NCBI GenBank assembly: GCA_951406725.2
Contig: OX597821.1
Coordinates: forward strand, 88,722,001-88,786,000
Source of the DNA: Octopus vulgaris
Taxonomy: Eukaryota
Direction: 5' to 3'
Length of the DNA stretch: 64,000 nucleotides
Part shown: positions 12,991-26,671 of the stretch, piece after piece
Numbering within the stretch: position 1 is the first letter of the stretch
How the letters are laid out: each line of letters begins with the position of its first letter
Made by a program: the position numbers and the translations under genes
The notes under the pieces: generated by a model
Told to the model about the DNA's origin: nothing
The model's input: the letters and a program-made list of their open reading frames with translations, nothing else
Databases searched by the model: none

Positions 12991-13576
12991 AATCCGACAC
13001 CAATATCTACCGTGATTTGCGTCCGCATATATTATTTTTTGCCCAAGCACACACACACACATAAACACACACACACAAATTACACAAACACTCGCACATA
13101 CACGCGCACGTATAAGTGCATAATATAGACAGATATAATAGTGTATATTTAGTTGCATATTTGGTCTTCGTATAATCACATCCAGCTATATTTTCAGGCG
13201 ATACATTTAAGTTGCCTATGAATTTACTTCTTAATTGTTTCGTCTTGGCATCCTGAATGATTCTTCGAGAATCTTCCGAAAATTATTGGTTCTGATTTCT
13301 TGTTCACTTGGGAATACTAGCATGAAGTGGTATATGTCCCAATGACTTCTGAGAATCCGAACAGAGAAATCGCCACTGCCAGCTTTCCCTTTATAGCCAT
13401 ATTCGTTACGGAATCCAGAATCAAGGGAGTTCAGTTGAAAGTATTGCAGATTTGTGTAAGAGACAAATTGCTGTTATATTGCAGTGGTCATTTTTACACG
13501 AAAGTTCTCTCTACGTCTGTTTCTTTGGGAAATTTGCAACAAGAGGTTGCATGTAAGATATTTTAAGTAATTTAAA

Positions 13577-13687
<111 letters not shown>

Positions 13688-13720
13688 TGAGAAAGTTGGT
13701 GTGTGAAAGCACGTGGTTGG

Positions 13721-14000
13721 ATATATAAAAAATAGAAAAGAGTGAAAAAACTACAGAAGACTTGTTTTAAAAGGTTAAAGAATATATTTAAGTCGTTATG
13801 TTAGAAAAATGTTATAAAATAGTAACCTAGTTTTTGGAGAAATAACCGGTTTCGAATAAGCTTTTCAAATTTCTCAAATTTCTTTACCTACATCGTGTCA
13901 TGTTTTCGTTAACATTTTTCTAACATAACGATTTAATATATTCTTTAACCTTTTAAAACAAGACTTCTGTAGTTTTTTCACTCTTTACTATTTTATATAT
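13721..14000. repeat. Foldback: ~93-bp inverted arms with ~95-bp spacer, flanked by TA tracts
   Basis: AAGAGTGAAAAAACTACAGAAG..TTTTAAAAGGTTAAAGAATATATT..GTTATGTTAGAAAAATGTTA is reverse-complemented at 13910-14000. Confidence 0.9.
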
Positions 14001-14559
14001 ATATACACATATATACACGGTCACACAGACATGCAAATATATATATATATATATATATGGCCAACTGATAAACGAAAAACAAAAGTATTGTTTTTCTAGG
14101 TATAAAAACATTAGTGTATGTAACGATAATTTCGCAATGAACTATACAACAAACATATAAATCAATAAATGAATTAATTCCATGTCACCACTTATAATTT
14201 GTTTGCGAGGTTCTAAGGCGAAAACCAGTGTGATATAATTCTATATTTATATATTGTTTGTAGTGCTATGAAGAAAAGTAAACGTAATAATAAATATGTT
14301 GAAGCCGATGGAAATAAACACTGTTAAAATCCTGTCATTTCAGTTGTCAGATTTACATACAACCTCCTGGGACTGTAACAGCATAATTAATATATAGCAA
14401 GTCTAAGTATATCTCTGTATATAAAAGGAATGTGATAATATAAAGCAACAGTCCATGATTAAGGGTTAAGCCAACACAAAATTCAATATTCAACGGCTAC
14501 ACCCGCAAGTTCTGTTACGCATGTAGACCCCATACAGAAATGTATCTTTCTTCGAAAGT

Positions 14560-15120
14560 AAAGTTTTTGCATCAAGTAGTTCTACAAGAACAGTGCTTAA
14601 TTTTTCAGTGTATCTCAAGTGACTTACAATGACGATATCTCATTGTGATCAGTGCAGACATTTGTTTTTATTTGATGCCAATATCTAATACAAGAACATC
14701 GTGCTAATTACTGATTCACCAATTTTCTTGGAGATTTAATCAACGTACTTGTGAAGGAAATTAAGTGTCATCTTCTTTATGAAAATATCCCTCTTCAATT
14801 TAAAATGAATGCTTACGTGGCTGACAGTGTTTCATAGTTGATTAATATTAAGACTTACTGACATTAACGCAGCAAATGATATAATTGGTCTGAGATTCCA
14901 AGATTCGATATGGAGTAGGTTACGATGAGAAAGAATTATTTGCAACATTAAACATTATTTTCTCCTATTTTTCTTTTCTCATTTGATAATTTCATTCCAA
15001 GTGACTTGAACACAAATGTTAATAACTGCTGACCTTCTACTCAACCAAGATCTTTAAGTTTAACATTTCAAACCTCATTCTATTACGGTGAGAAGCTACC
15101 GAATAAGTTTCTTGATCGTT
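14560..15120 (+). pseudogene. Possible ancient CACTA/EnSpm-like transposase remnant
   Basis: Stop-interrupted translation gives LGDLINVLVKEI, KMNAYVADSVS, DNFIPSDL..PRSL and FYYG in the order of the FL.DF..E / F.CDAPAR / IPS.F.R.PRSL / FLLY.G motifs; by-eye match only. Confidence 0.35.
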
Positions 15121-15951
15121 GCCGTTGGATATGAACTCGTTTTGTTGTATGTACTTTGCTGATGATCATTAGTTCGAACCAAAACGGCAGCAAATCTTAG
15201 TGATTGCTTCAGCTAAAGATATGTCAGTCACTTTATACTGACGATAGCTACTGCGAGCGAGCAGAAGTTTCTAACTGTCAGCAAAAGCGTACTATGTAGA
15301 CAAGATTCCTCAAAGATGACATAAGGTTTGTAATTGAAGGAGTGTTCCTTCGAATGAGATCCAAACCAGAGTCAATCAAAACCTGAATATATAATTTTGC
15401 CTTTCGTTTTTTTTTTCATAGTTCTTTTAATTTTAATACATTCTTTGTCTACTTATTTTTCTGTTGCCCAACATTTCATCTATACGTTACACCAGAATGA
15501 CAATGGTAGCGACAATGATGATGAAAACGATGTTTTTGCTGCTGTTGATAATCATGATGATGATGATGATGATGATTGGGGTTCATACAAACTGAAAATA
15601 ACGAATGACACTGACAAACATGAAGGTGAAATATTCTTCTGTCGATAATAGTGGATGCCTGATACATGTATCTTAGTGAGTCACGTCTGTCCTTACCGTC
15701 GTATACTTATGTGTGTGTCTATCATTATGTGCATCGGTTTATATAAGTGTATATAAGTGAATGCGTTTTAGCTAACACTGTATACCTGTAATTAGATGTA
15801 TGCATGAAATTCTGTGCTTACGTGTAATTGTATATGTGTGCGCGAAGGGGCCGTTATGTGTCTGTGAAGGTTGCCTTACCTATTTTCGGTATACGTGTAG
15901 CAAATGTTTTATAACGTTGTTTCATTTCCATTTATTCAGTATCGTCTCTGT

Positions 15952-16112
<161 letters not shown>

Positions 16113-16154
16113 TCTGTCTGTCTGTCTGTCTCTCTCTCTCTATCTATCTATATG

Positions 16155-16204
<50 letters not shown>

Positions 16205-16318
16205 TATACAGGTACATGTATCGGTATATCTCTTTCATCTGGCTAACGAAACACTTTCTTTGTCCGATTAGTATTTGCAAGAGGAGAGCATCGTTCTCAT
16301 CTCTAGCCTTGCGTGATA

Positions 16319-16363
16319 CACACGGACTCGATTTTCTAGGTGGTTACCCATCTTCAGCGAGTG
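16319..16363 (-). ncRNA. Minimal type I hammerhead ribozyme motif (slightly decayed)
   Basis: Minus: CACTCG-CTGAAGA-TGGGT aacc ACCTA-GAAAA tcga GTC-CGTGTG; stem II intact, one mismatch each in stems I and III; enclosed by ~36-bp imperfect inverted repeats 16243-16278 / 16371-16406. Confidence 0.7.
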
Positions 16364-16554
16364 TTAATCAGCAGCTAATGATCGGACACAGAGTGTGTGT
16401 CGTTAGCGAGCTGGAGGAAATGTCTTCCTGGGGTTATAAACCCTAGTAGCACTGTCCCGTATGTGACGCTACACTTGATTGGAAATTTTATGTTACGATT
16501 CCGTATTGCTATTGTTTACATTTCGCTCAGAGATTTAATATAGCGTATATGTAT

Positions 16555-16592
<38 letters not shown>

Positions 16593-16602
16593 GCATATAC
16601 AT

Positions 16603-17227
<625 letters not shown>

Positions 17228-18011
17228 GTATATGTATTTGTATTTTTGTAACATTTCTCTGCTTTTTTTCCGTCCTTGTTTGTTAGTTGAGTAGTTGATC
17301 TGTATTGGCATATTGATTACATCATCCACATCCCGTTACCCAACCTGTCATTCGATTTACATATATGTACATTCTGTCGCTTTTGCAGAAAATAACTCAT
17401 CTCAACCAGCATTCCATTCCATACGAGTTCTTATACTTCTTTTCCGTCTGGCTTGTATCCGCACTCTTTCCTCCCCATTATGCTTTCGATTTTGATCCAT
17501 ACATATATATATTTATGCATAATACATTTTTACGTGTTACTATTAGTTTCATGTGCTGAGAGCATGCAAGACAGTAATTTAAACAATATTTATCCATCAC
17601 CAGATGGATTACTGTGGATTTTAGTATCCCATCTTCCGAGTCAACATAAGATCCTTAGACGACTATATTAATTTCTTTTGATTAGGTATTGTTGGCCTGT
17701 TGAGTAGCAAGCGGATTAACCCGCGTTAGGATAAGTTTTACTTCTGAGGTTCTGCTAGCTATGACCCATATATTGCCTGGATTTTATCTGCTCTATTCCT
17801 TAATTTTGGATTTGTATTTTTATATACAGCAACCCTTACTGCTAATCCTAGGCCATTAAACAACTTTTGCAACTTCTCAAACGTCGATAAGGGAAAAACA
17901 ACATTCTACGTCAATAAAGCTTATTGTTCCTGAAAGTTGTTTTCTATACCTTCTATGGACTGCTTAAAGCTTTATATCTCCCGACAGCTTGATCCTTGGA
18001 GCTTACCTTTA

Positions 18012-18055
<44 letters not shown>

Positions 18056-18183
18056 TTTATTTTATAGAAGGAGCTTCTACAGGATTAGAACTGTTTCATT
18101 CAAAAGAAATCATCAGGAGCTTCCTGATGATTTCTTTTGAATGAAACAGTTCAAGTCTGTAGAAGCTCCTTCTATAAAATAAA
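18056..18183. repeat. ~128-bp palindrome made of two back-to-back hammerhead motifs
   Basis: Left arm TTTTATAGAAGGAGCTTCTACAGG..CTGTTTCATTCAAAAGAAATCATCAGG is the reverse complement of the right arm; follows a (TA)n tract. Confidence 0.9.
18116..18169 (+). ncRNA. Type I hammerhead ribozyme motif (mirror copy on minus at 18070-18123)
   Basis: GGAGCTTC-CTGATGA-tTTC tttt GAAt-GAA-ACAG ttcaagt CTGT-A-GAAGCTCC: 8-bp stem I, canonical core, short stem II with a U.U first pair, 4-bp stem III, GUA triplet. Confidence 0.8.
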
Positions 18184-18256
18184 TTAATTTACTCTGCTAT
18201 GTATTGAGTACCTTATTTACTGTGGTTAACCCCGACTCAACCCGGAACCTACACAC

Positions 18257-18287
<31 letters not shown>

Positions 18288-18765
18288 ATAATATTAATAA
18301 TTGTGTGTTAACTGCATCCCACAGTGTGTGCGTATATTTATCAGTTATCGTGTTTTCTATTCAATTCTTTATTGTTAATATATATTCCTGTATATCTATA
18401 AATTACTGTCTACAACGTTAAGCCTATGTATAATATTCTCTTTGCATTTAGCTGATATGAAAATAGGAGAAGAATTAAAGTTTTAAGAGAAAATTTTAAC
18501 ATTATATGGGACAGTGACTATGAAGAAGTAATGATCAAGAATTTGTTCTCAGTAGTGAACATAAATCTAGGAATTTAGCCCAAATGTTTTTGGAATAATA
18601 TCAAAATGACGAGATTTTCTTCTTGATGCATTCAGATTTAATAGAGCATCTTATTCAATGGTATGAACATTTTTAATAGGAATTGAATATTCTCTGCTAC
18701 GATGAGTTGATATATATATTGGATCAGTTTCGGTTAAAATATAGCGATTTACGTAACTGACAGTC

Positions 18766-18811
<46 letters not shown>

Positions 18812-19304
18812 GAGTGAGAGAGCAGTTCATGCCATCAAAGTGACACTGGGGTAAAATATACGAAGCCCAATATGCCCATCATGACTACCCGTCTAATAAG
18901 GGTACACCAGGCATATGCAACACAACCATATGTGCGCGACATGGTGATCTCATATCAAGATAAACAGCACATGATCTTGCAGGTGGGGCCCAGTAAGTAT
19001 TTTCTTCAGGTTGAGTAGCCCATCCCGCTCAAAGGTTCCCTGAATAAGGGTTGTTTAAGGATGTTGAAAGAACCACCCATGTTTCCAGAGGTGAATTATT
19101 CAAACCCCAAAGAATCCCTCTCAACACATGGCTATGATGCTCCCCCACTACTTCTGCTCGTGATCAGAGATGCACATATCGTCAGCCACTAAGGGACATG
19201 CTCAACTGGTTAAGGTCAAACAACTGACAAGCAAATCTGTGGTATTGAGCAGAATATTTACTGTAGCCCATCTTTTATACCAGGCCAAAACAATGTGCAT
19301 GATA
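18812..19304 (-). mobile_element. Non-coding ~0.5-kb element bounded on both sides by (TAA)n; 5'-truncated copy
   Basis: Reverse complement of 62890-63413; flanked by (TTA)n at 18767-18811 and 19305-19379. Confidence 0.85.
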
Positions 19305-19379
<75 letters not shown>

Positions 19380-19382
<3 letters not shown>

Positions 19383-22062
19383 TAGTTTTATTTTTATAGC
19401 GTGCTTTCACTTCACTACCGAGCGCAGCTCTGTGTGCCTTGGGTATGTGCTGTGATTTCTTGTGATGCTCTGATGGTTATTGTATGGAAAGTGTTCTGCG
19501 TAGGATGTGTGCAGTGCCTAGTAGTGCAATTTTCTGTATGTTATATGTGTTTGTAAGTCCTGGTGTTTTTGTTATGTATTTGTCGGAATATTTTTTTATC
19601 ATGCCTAATGCACCTACTATGATAGGAATTGTTTCTGTTTTCAGATTCCACATTCTAGTTACCTCTATTTCCAGGTCTTTGTATTTTGAGAGTTTCTCCA
19701 TTTCTTTTAGAGACACGTTGTCATCTGCCGGTATTGATACATCAATTAGAAAGCATTTTTTTCTTCATGATCTCTGACAACTATATCTGGTCTGTTGGCC
19801 TTAATTTCTTTATCTGTGTGTATCGGTATATCCCAGAGTATGGTTGCTTTCTCGTTTTCTGTGACCTTTTCTGGTGTGTGCCTATACCATCTTTTTTCTG
19901 TTGTTATTCCATAATGTTGACATAGCTTCCAATGTATGTAGGTTCCAACTCTGTCATGTCTGTGAATATATTCCTTCTTAGCCAGGACTGGGCAGCTAGA
20001 GATAATATAATTTATTGTTTCTTGTCCATCTCCACATATTCTGCAGTTACTTGTAATATTTCTTTTCATTACATGTTTTTGGTAATTTCTGGTGGGGAGG
20101 CTTTGGTCTTGTGCTGCAATTAAAAATCCCTCTGTTTCTGCTTTGAGTCCTGAGCTTCTCAACCATTGCTGGGATTTTTCTTTGTCTATTTCTTTTGCGT
20201 TTAGTTTAGTCCAGTATTTACCATGAAGGGCTTTTCTTGCCATCGTTTTATCATGGTTCGTTGCTGTTCTACTTTTAGTTTGGATTTTATTTGTATTATA
20301 GCTTTTGTTGTTTCTTCATCTTCTTCTTCTTCATGTTTATTAGGTGGTATGATTTCTTGTTTGTATTTGTCAGCTTCCTTAAATACTGAGAACAGTTTTT
20401 TGTTTTGCTCGTATTTTGCCGCTATCTGGATCAGTTTTCCTTCCTTCTGAAGTAGATATTTTTGCAGTCCTATGGTGGTTATTTTATAGTAGTTTTCCAG
20501 CTGTATAAGGCCTCTACCACCTTCTATACGTTGAATATATAGTCTTTCTATGTCAGATTTTGGGTGATGCATCCTAGATCCTGTCATTATTTTTCTTGTT
20601 TTCCTATCTATTTTAGTCAGTTCATTTCGTGTCCAGTTTAGGATATTGTAGCTGTAACTTATAACTGGGACAGCTAAAGTGTTGATACCTATTATCTTGT
20701 TTTTAGCATTGAGCTCAGTTTTTAGTATTGATCTAACTCGTCTATAATATTCTTTTTTTTATTTTCTCTTTCATTTGTGTGTTGTGTCTTATCTAGTTCA
20801 TGGATTCCTAAGTATTTGTAAGTTTGGCTTTGGTCTAATTCTTTTATTTCATTGGTTTTATCCAGTGTGATGTTGTTACTCTTAACTAGTTTTCCTCTTT
20901 TCATGGTTACTTTGGCGCATTTTTCTAATCCAAATTTCATATCTATTTCTTTGGTAAATCCATGAACTGTCTTTAATAGTGTTTCCAGCTGTTTGTCATT
21001 TGCAGCGTATAGTTTTAGGTCATCCATATATAAAAGGTGGCTGATCGTTTTGCCGTAACATTTATATCCGCATCCAGTTCTATTTAGTATATCAGATAGA
21101 GGTGACAGTGCCAAGCAGAAAAGGAGTGGAGAGAGCGTGTCTCCCTGGAATATTCCTCTTGTAATGGGGATGTCTTTGGTTTTCATGACTCCCTCTTTTG
21201 TTTGGAGGTGTAGGACTGTTTGCCATTTATTCATAGAGTGCTCTATGAATTTTATGATTGTTGGTGCTACTTTGTTAATGGCTAGTGTTTCGAGAATCCA
21301 TGTGTGGGGGATGCTATCAAACGCCTTTTTGTAGTCAATCCAGGCCATACTGAGGCCTTTCTTCTTTCTGTGGCTGTCTTCAGTTATGGCTTTATTAATC
21401 ATTAGTTGATCTTTACAGCCATATGAGCCTTTGCGGTATCCTTTCTGCTCTTCTGGCAACAGGTTGTTTTCGTCCAGGTGCTTGATCAGCCTTTGCGATA
21501 TCACTGCAGTAAATGCCTTGAACATAGTAGGGAGGCAGGTTATTGGTCTGTAGTTTTCTGGTTTTGCTGTTTCATTTGATTTGGGAATTAAGATGGTTTT
21601 CCCTTCGTGAGCCATTCAGGCATTGTCTCTGGCTCTGCTAGTATGTTGTTAAAGTTTTCAGCCAGCTTTTGTGCATTCCTGTTAGATATTTCAACCAGAA
21701 GTTGGTGATCTTGTCATGCCCAGGTGCCTTCCAGTTGCTTAGTCTTTGCAGTGTCTGGGTGACCTCTTCAGTTGTTATGGGGGTCCAAAGTTGTTCAGAT
21801 GCCGAGTTTGTTATTTTGATACTCCTTTTTTGAGTTGTTCGTTCGCCGACCATATTTCTCTCCAGAATTCTTCCAATTCTTCTGCCGTTGGTGCTACAGT
21901 GACTTCTATTTTATTTTTGCCCAGTTCTTGGTAGAACTTTTTGGGGTTGGAGTTGAACTTTTTGTTTTGTTCAAAGAAGCGTTGGCGTTTCTCGTACCGG
22001 CGGATCCTTTGTGCTGTGGCAAGGATATCTTGCTTCAGCTTTTCTTTTATCCCAGGCAAATC
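19380..22062 (-). mobile_element. R4/Dong-like non-LTR retrotransposon (RT + CCHC + restriction-like endonuclease), 5'-truncated
   Basis: RT motifs NYRPITCL, WIDYKKAFDSI, GIFQGDTLSPLLF, HLLYMDDLKL, YKYLGI; CRICG..ETINYIISSC knuckle; RHD, NRPDIVV, EKLSKYKDL, IIVGALG RLE motifs; ~97-bp 3'UTR ending in (AAT)n; 5' junction in (TTC)n(TTA)n. Confidence 0.93.
19477..22059 (-). pseudogene. Frameshifted RT-RLE polyprotein ORF of the R4/Dong-like LINE
   Basis: Six consecutive minus-strand ORF pieces (21811-22059, 21638-21853, 20722-21615, 20201-20587, 19746-20243, 19477-19716) join into one protein across frameshifts. Confidence 0.9.
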
Positions 22063-22065
22063 TTT

Positions 22066-22166
<101 letters not shown>

Positions 22167-22169
22167 CAT

Positions 22170-23080
22170 GATAATTGATATTTATATACTCAATAGATTA
22201 GACTGTTGGAAAAGAAAAGAATCCAAACAACGGGCTCGAACAATTAGCCTTAGATGCCAAGAACTCTCCTATTGAGTTACAGCACGTAACCGTGGATACC
22301 AAGAACCCTCCTAAGTATTATTGCTCTCCCTAATAACACTGTTTTCTGCAAAATTACTCAAATGGGTTTTACGCCTATTTCCTCTACCCATCTGTTCAGA
22401 TCTTTAGGGATAACTCCCAATGCACCTATAAATACGGGGATACATTTTAACCACACTTTCGATAGACTCTGTAATTCAATAGCTAGGTCCTGTTACTTTG
22501 CTATTTTTTCTATATTTCTCATTTTAATTCTCATCATTTGGCAATGTAAAGCCAATTATCTTCCATTCTCTGTATCTACTACTAGCAAATCAGGCCTTCT
22601 ATATTCTATTACTCTGTCAGTCTGAATGTGAAAGCCCCACACTTTCTACTACTTTACTAGGTTCATGTTCATACCATTTATCAGTATGTTAAAATCCTAG
22701 CTTTTTCATACCTCCCACAGGATTGCTCTTCTTAGATTGTCATGTCTTTTTCTTGTATTCTTTCGGTGCCAGCATGCTACATTCAGTTACTATATGAGTA
22801 TAACTGTCTTCTTTTGATTTGCATTATCTACATTGGAAATTTACTTGGCCTTTGTATATCATAGCTTTTATCCATTTAGTCCTTAATGCTTGATCATGTG
22901 CAGCTACTAACAAAGTTCCTGTCTCCCTCTTCAGGTGTCCTTTCTGTAGCCATAACCCTGTCTCACTACTACTATTTGCTGCAACTATCAATGGGAATCT
23001 ACCAGGCAACACCTTCTCCTGCTAGTCAGATAATTTCTGTTCTTTTTTTCTGGTTTTTAAGTTCGTTTGGTGCATTGGGT
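22170..23080 (-). mobile_element. Older R4/Dong-like LINE 3' fragment from a different subfamily
   Basis: WLQKGHLKRETGTLLVAAHDQALRT..CR, LAPKEYKKRHDN, FIGALGVIPKDL, VLLGRAIILRRVLG; ends near (TTA)n 22094-22166. Confidence 0.8.
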
Positions 23081-23127
23081 TCCATATGTTTTGCATTATG
23101 ATACACATATATGATATATATATATAT

Positions 23128-23318
23128 AGGGAGTGTTTACGAAAAAAAGAAAAGACGATGACAGGTGGTGTACAAAACAAACAGATATATTAGTATAACA
23201 CTCAGGAATAGAAAAAGTCTTTTACGTTTCGAGCCTACGCTCTTCTACAGAAAGGGACACAGAAAAAAAACAAGGAGAGAAAAATATGCGTGTAGTGGCT
23301 AACGACCTATCATGGCGA
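23128..23318 (-). mobile_element. Short TA-embedded repeat (family P1) carrying an atypical hammerhead-like motif; possible Penelope-terminus derivative
   Basis: Homologous to 27612-27775 and 58005-58213; minus 23255-23218: CCTTT-CTGTAGA-A-GAGC gtag GCTC-GAAAC-GTA-AAAGA. Confidence 0.7.
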
Positions 23319-23335
23319 TATATTTATATATATAC

Positions 23336-23403
<68 letters not shown>

Positions 23404-24005
23404 CATATATATCACATATAGAAAATGTAAAGCTGATCAGTATAGTGTTAAAGTGACTATAATTTTGATGAGAATGACTATAAAACATACAAAATAAAAA
23501 TTACAATGAAGTTTAACAAACATATTTAACACGCCCTTGGGAAAAAAAAGCACAGTAACTAAATCGCAGTGGTCTCTCCAACTAAAGACTGACATAAAGA
23601 TAGATATTGACGAATTCCAACTTTTATTAAAGTGATCGCCATAACATGCTCACTCATTCCAGATCTTAAGAATATTCATGCGAAGGATACGCACTTAATC
23701 TTCGTCAAATACGCACAAAAGCGCTACTATTAATTAATACGTATTGAAAGATTTACACCACCATGTTATGAAATTTCAACCTATACTTATCATAATAAAT
23801 TTGTATGTAAATAAAAAAAAAGTGTTGCAAACACTTGGTTTGAGTGAACAGGCGAAACTGGAAGATGTTTGCAAATTAAACTGAAACCCGACGATAGTTG
23901 ATCGTGGTTACTTTAGGATCTAGCATGTGTAATACTCTCATTTACCCACAGAGTTCATTTTCAGAAATAGGCAAACAAACACACGCATATCACACTTTAA
24001 CAGAT

Positions 24006-24137
24006 ATTCTTTTATTCTTTTACTTCTTTCAGTCATTTGACTGCGGCCACGCTGGGGCACCGCCTTCAGTCAAACAAATCGACCCAAGCACTTATTCATT
24101 GTAAGCCGAGTATTTATTCTATCGGTTTCTTTTGCTG
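24006..24137 (-). mobile_element. SINE A 3' fragment
   Basis: TTTCAGTCATTTGACTGCGGCCACGCTGGGGCACCGCC..AATCGACCC matches the SINE A tail. Confidence 0.85.
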
Positions 24138-24139
24138 GC

Positions 24140-24793
24140 ATAATCCGTGCCTTCAGTTACAAGGTGTTACAAGGTGTTACAAGGAGTGCTGTTGATCTTT
24201 CGGTTCAACTGTGCACTACACATAATAACCAGTTGAGAGGGAGTCTGGGGAGATAGGTGGGCAGATGTTAGGTGTGATGTGGTCACAGAAATTGTCTGAC
24301 AGCCATGACTGGGTTCTCCTTGTGTTGCATGCTGCAGAGTTTTGTTGCCAGACATAAGGTCTTCCAGCAGCCACCCTCTTGACCCTGGGCAGCACAACCT
24401 CCTCCAGGCACTTGATGTAGGCCTCTGTGTTGAGTCTGAGGTTGTGTGGGAAGACGAATGGAGGCATAACGTTGCCCTCACTAGTGATCACTCCAAAATG
24501 GGTGTTGACTGGTTTGATTTTCATCACACTCGGTAACAGCACTGTCCTCAGACTGACACCAAAACACCCAAATGTTCATACTGGAGCTTCCAGCGCGAAT
24601 GCGAAGCAGTATCACATATCGTTTCCAAATTTCCGGCAGAGTGAATTGTGTCATTGTTCTGTATTTTTCACAAATGGTGCCCAACTGACCCTACTATAAT
24701 GTGTATCAAAATTCCCGCCCCACCAAAAAATAAACAATGCACAAGCGCGAAATTAAAAATTTTATCTCGCGACAATTTACCAATTGCACCCTG
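24140..24793 (-). mobile_element. Internally deleted Tc1/mariner-superfamily transposon, maT (DD37D)-like
   Basis: FGVITSEGNVMPPFVFPHNLRLNTEAYIKCLEEVVLPRVKRVAAGRPYVWQQNSA..PPISPD..YYV resembles the maT/Bmmar1-type catalytic domain; terminus TA|CAGGGTGCAATTGGTAAATTG at 24793; short N-terminal remnant MTQFTLPEIWKR. Confidence 0.8.
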
Positions 24794-25199
24794 TATATAT
24801 ATGCATACATATATACACACGTATGTGTGTTCTTGTATGTATGTGTGTGCTTGTGTATATGTGTGTGTATGTGTTGTGTATGGTGCATGCTCCTCTGCAT
24901 TATATGTGTGTCGTGTGTGTGCATATGTGTATACATAGATGTTATATGCTCGTACACTTTGCATAGTTTTAATTTGTATGTGTTTAGTAAACAAGTGTAG
25001 TAGAAGTGGGCAATGCTTTTATCATGTTTGGTTGTTTAGCTTAAATACTTCATAATGGGTCCACCAGGCCTTTTCTTTCCATCAAGTCACATGATCCAAT
25101 GGCTTGCCATATGTGTTGCATGTATTGGTCTGTTACTAACTGTCCAGTCACATGTTTGTAAGAATTTGTTTTCAACGCGAGAAAAACCACTTTATTTTT

Positions 25200-25430
25200 G
25201 AAGCCTGCCTAAGGTACTAAAAGCCTTTGTATTCTGACTCTGTTTGTCTTTGGAAACAGCCATTGAAGACACACCTCTTCTCTATCTGACCAGAGCCGAT
25301 GAACCACACACCAGCCGGTTTCACAGCATTCTTCAACCAGCCGTCGCCTGTCTTCATCGTTGCAGCAACAGACAGCAGACCATAACCACATCAACAGACC
25401 TTGCAGAAGTGAAGTTCCTTGAATGTTTGT
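25200..25430 (-). mobile_element. Possible decayed Rex1/L2-group LINE 3' fragment
   Basis: LMWLWSAVCCCNDEDRRRL..VKPAGV..KTNRV..VP loosely resembles the Rex1/Babar ORF2 C-terminus. Confidence 0.3.
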
Positions 25431-25836
25431 AACAGACTGTTATATTAACATTCTTCGCTTTGGCAATCTTCTATTTTTATAACGAGAGGAAGAAATCGCC
25501 GCTTCTTCAACTTACTGAAATCGTATCGCTTTTTCCCTTCTTCCCCGTTATACAAGGAAAAGCAATAATTTTGCCCTATAGTAACGAAACGAAACACTAA
25601 GACAAGAATAATTAAATGCTCCACATTGCAACCTTGTATGTGTAAAGTACACAAGATTAGTATAAATAGTTTAATTTAACATTCCATTTTAGGTTAAACA
25701 TATTCAGTATACTTGTGGATAAATACTGGTGATACATATCTGCTGAAAATCACCACAAAAAGTATCGCGAAGCCTTACATTTTTCACACTATGACTGCGT
25801 ATCTACATATCTGTCTACATACAAGTGTATATATGC

Positions 25837-25894
<58 letters not shown>

Positions 25895-25895
<1 letters not shown>

Positions 25896-25980
25896 GAGGA
25901 GCTTCTACAAGACTAGAACTGTTTCATGTATTGAGTACCATATTTACTGTGGTTATACCCGACTCAACCCGGGACCTACA
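25895..25980 (+). repeat. Deleted relative of the 18056-18250 HHR element, between TA tracts
   Basis: GGAGCTTCTACAAGACTAGAACTGTTTCA joined to TGTATTGAGTACCATATTTACTGTGGTTATACCCGACTCAACCCGG; both parts occur at 18070-18098 and 18200-18245. Confidence 0.85.
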
Positions 25981-25992
25981 TATATACATATT

Positions 25993-26059
<67 letters not shown>

Positions 26060-26128
26060 AATATACATATATATATTTATATAATTAAATATATATAAAG
26101 TGTATATATATATATGTATATATGTATG

Positions 26129-26196
<68 letters not shown>

Positions 26197-26534
26197 GCAG
26201 AAAACAGTTTTTGTATGAAATGGTATTGTGTATGGCATGTTCATGACCCTGTCACTTGTTTAATATATTGTTTCTGCAGATATTTTCTATAAGCATGCTA
26301 TAAGTTATACATGTGTGCCTTATGCGTGCATATATGTCTATAAACATGTAGCTTAGAATTACACACACACACATACATACTTTGATACTTTGATACTTTG
26401 ATACATACATACATTTATATGCATGTATATATACACACATATATATATATATTATATACAAAAGTACATGTTTATATATAAGTATATATATATGTATATA
26501 TGTATATATATTTCTGTGTACATACATATATAGG

Positions 26535-26570
<36 letters not shown>

Positions 26571-26594
26571 TATACGTATATATACATATATGTG

Positions 26595-26671
<77 letters not shown>

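Noticed and set aside
19005-19190. CTGAAGA and CTGACGA on the minus strand of the TAA-flanked element
   Set aside because: No correctly placed GAAA or stems, and the motifs are not conserved in the second copy
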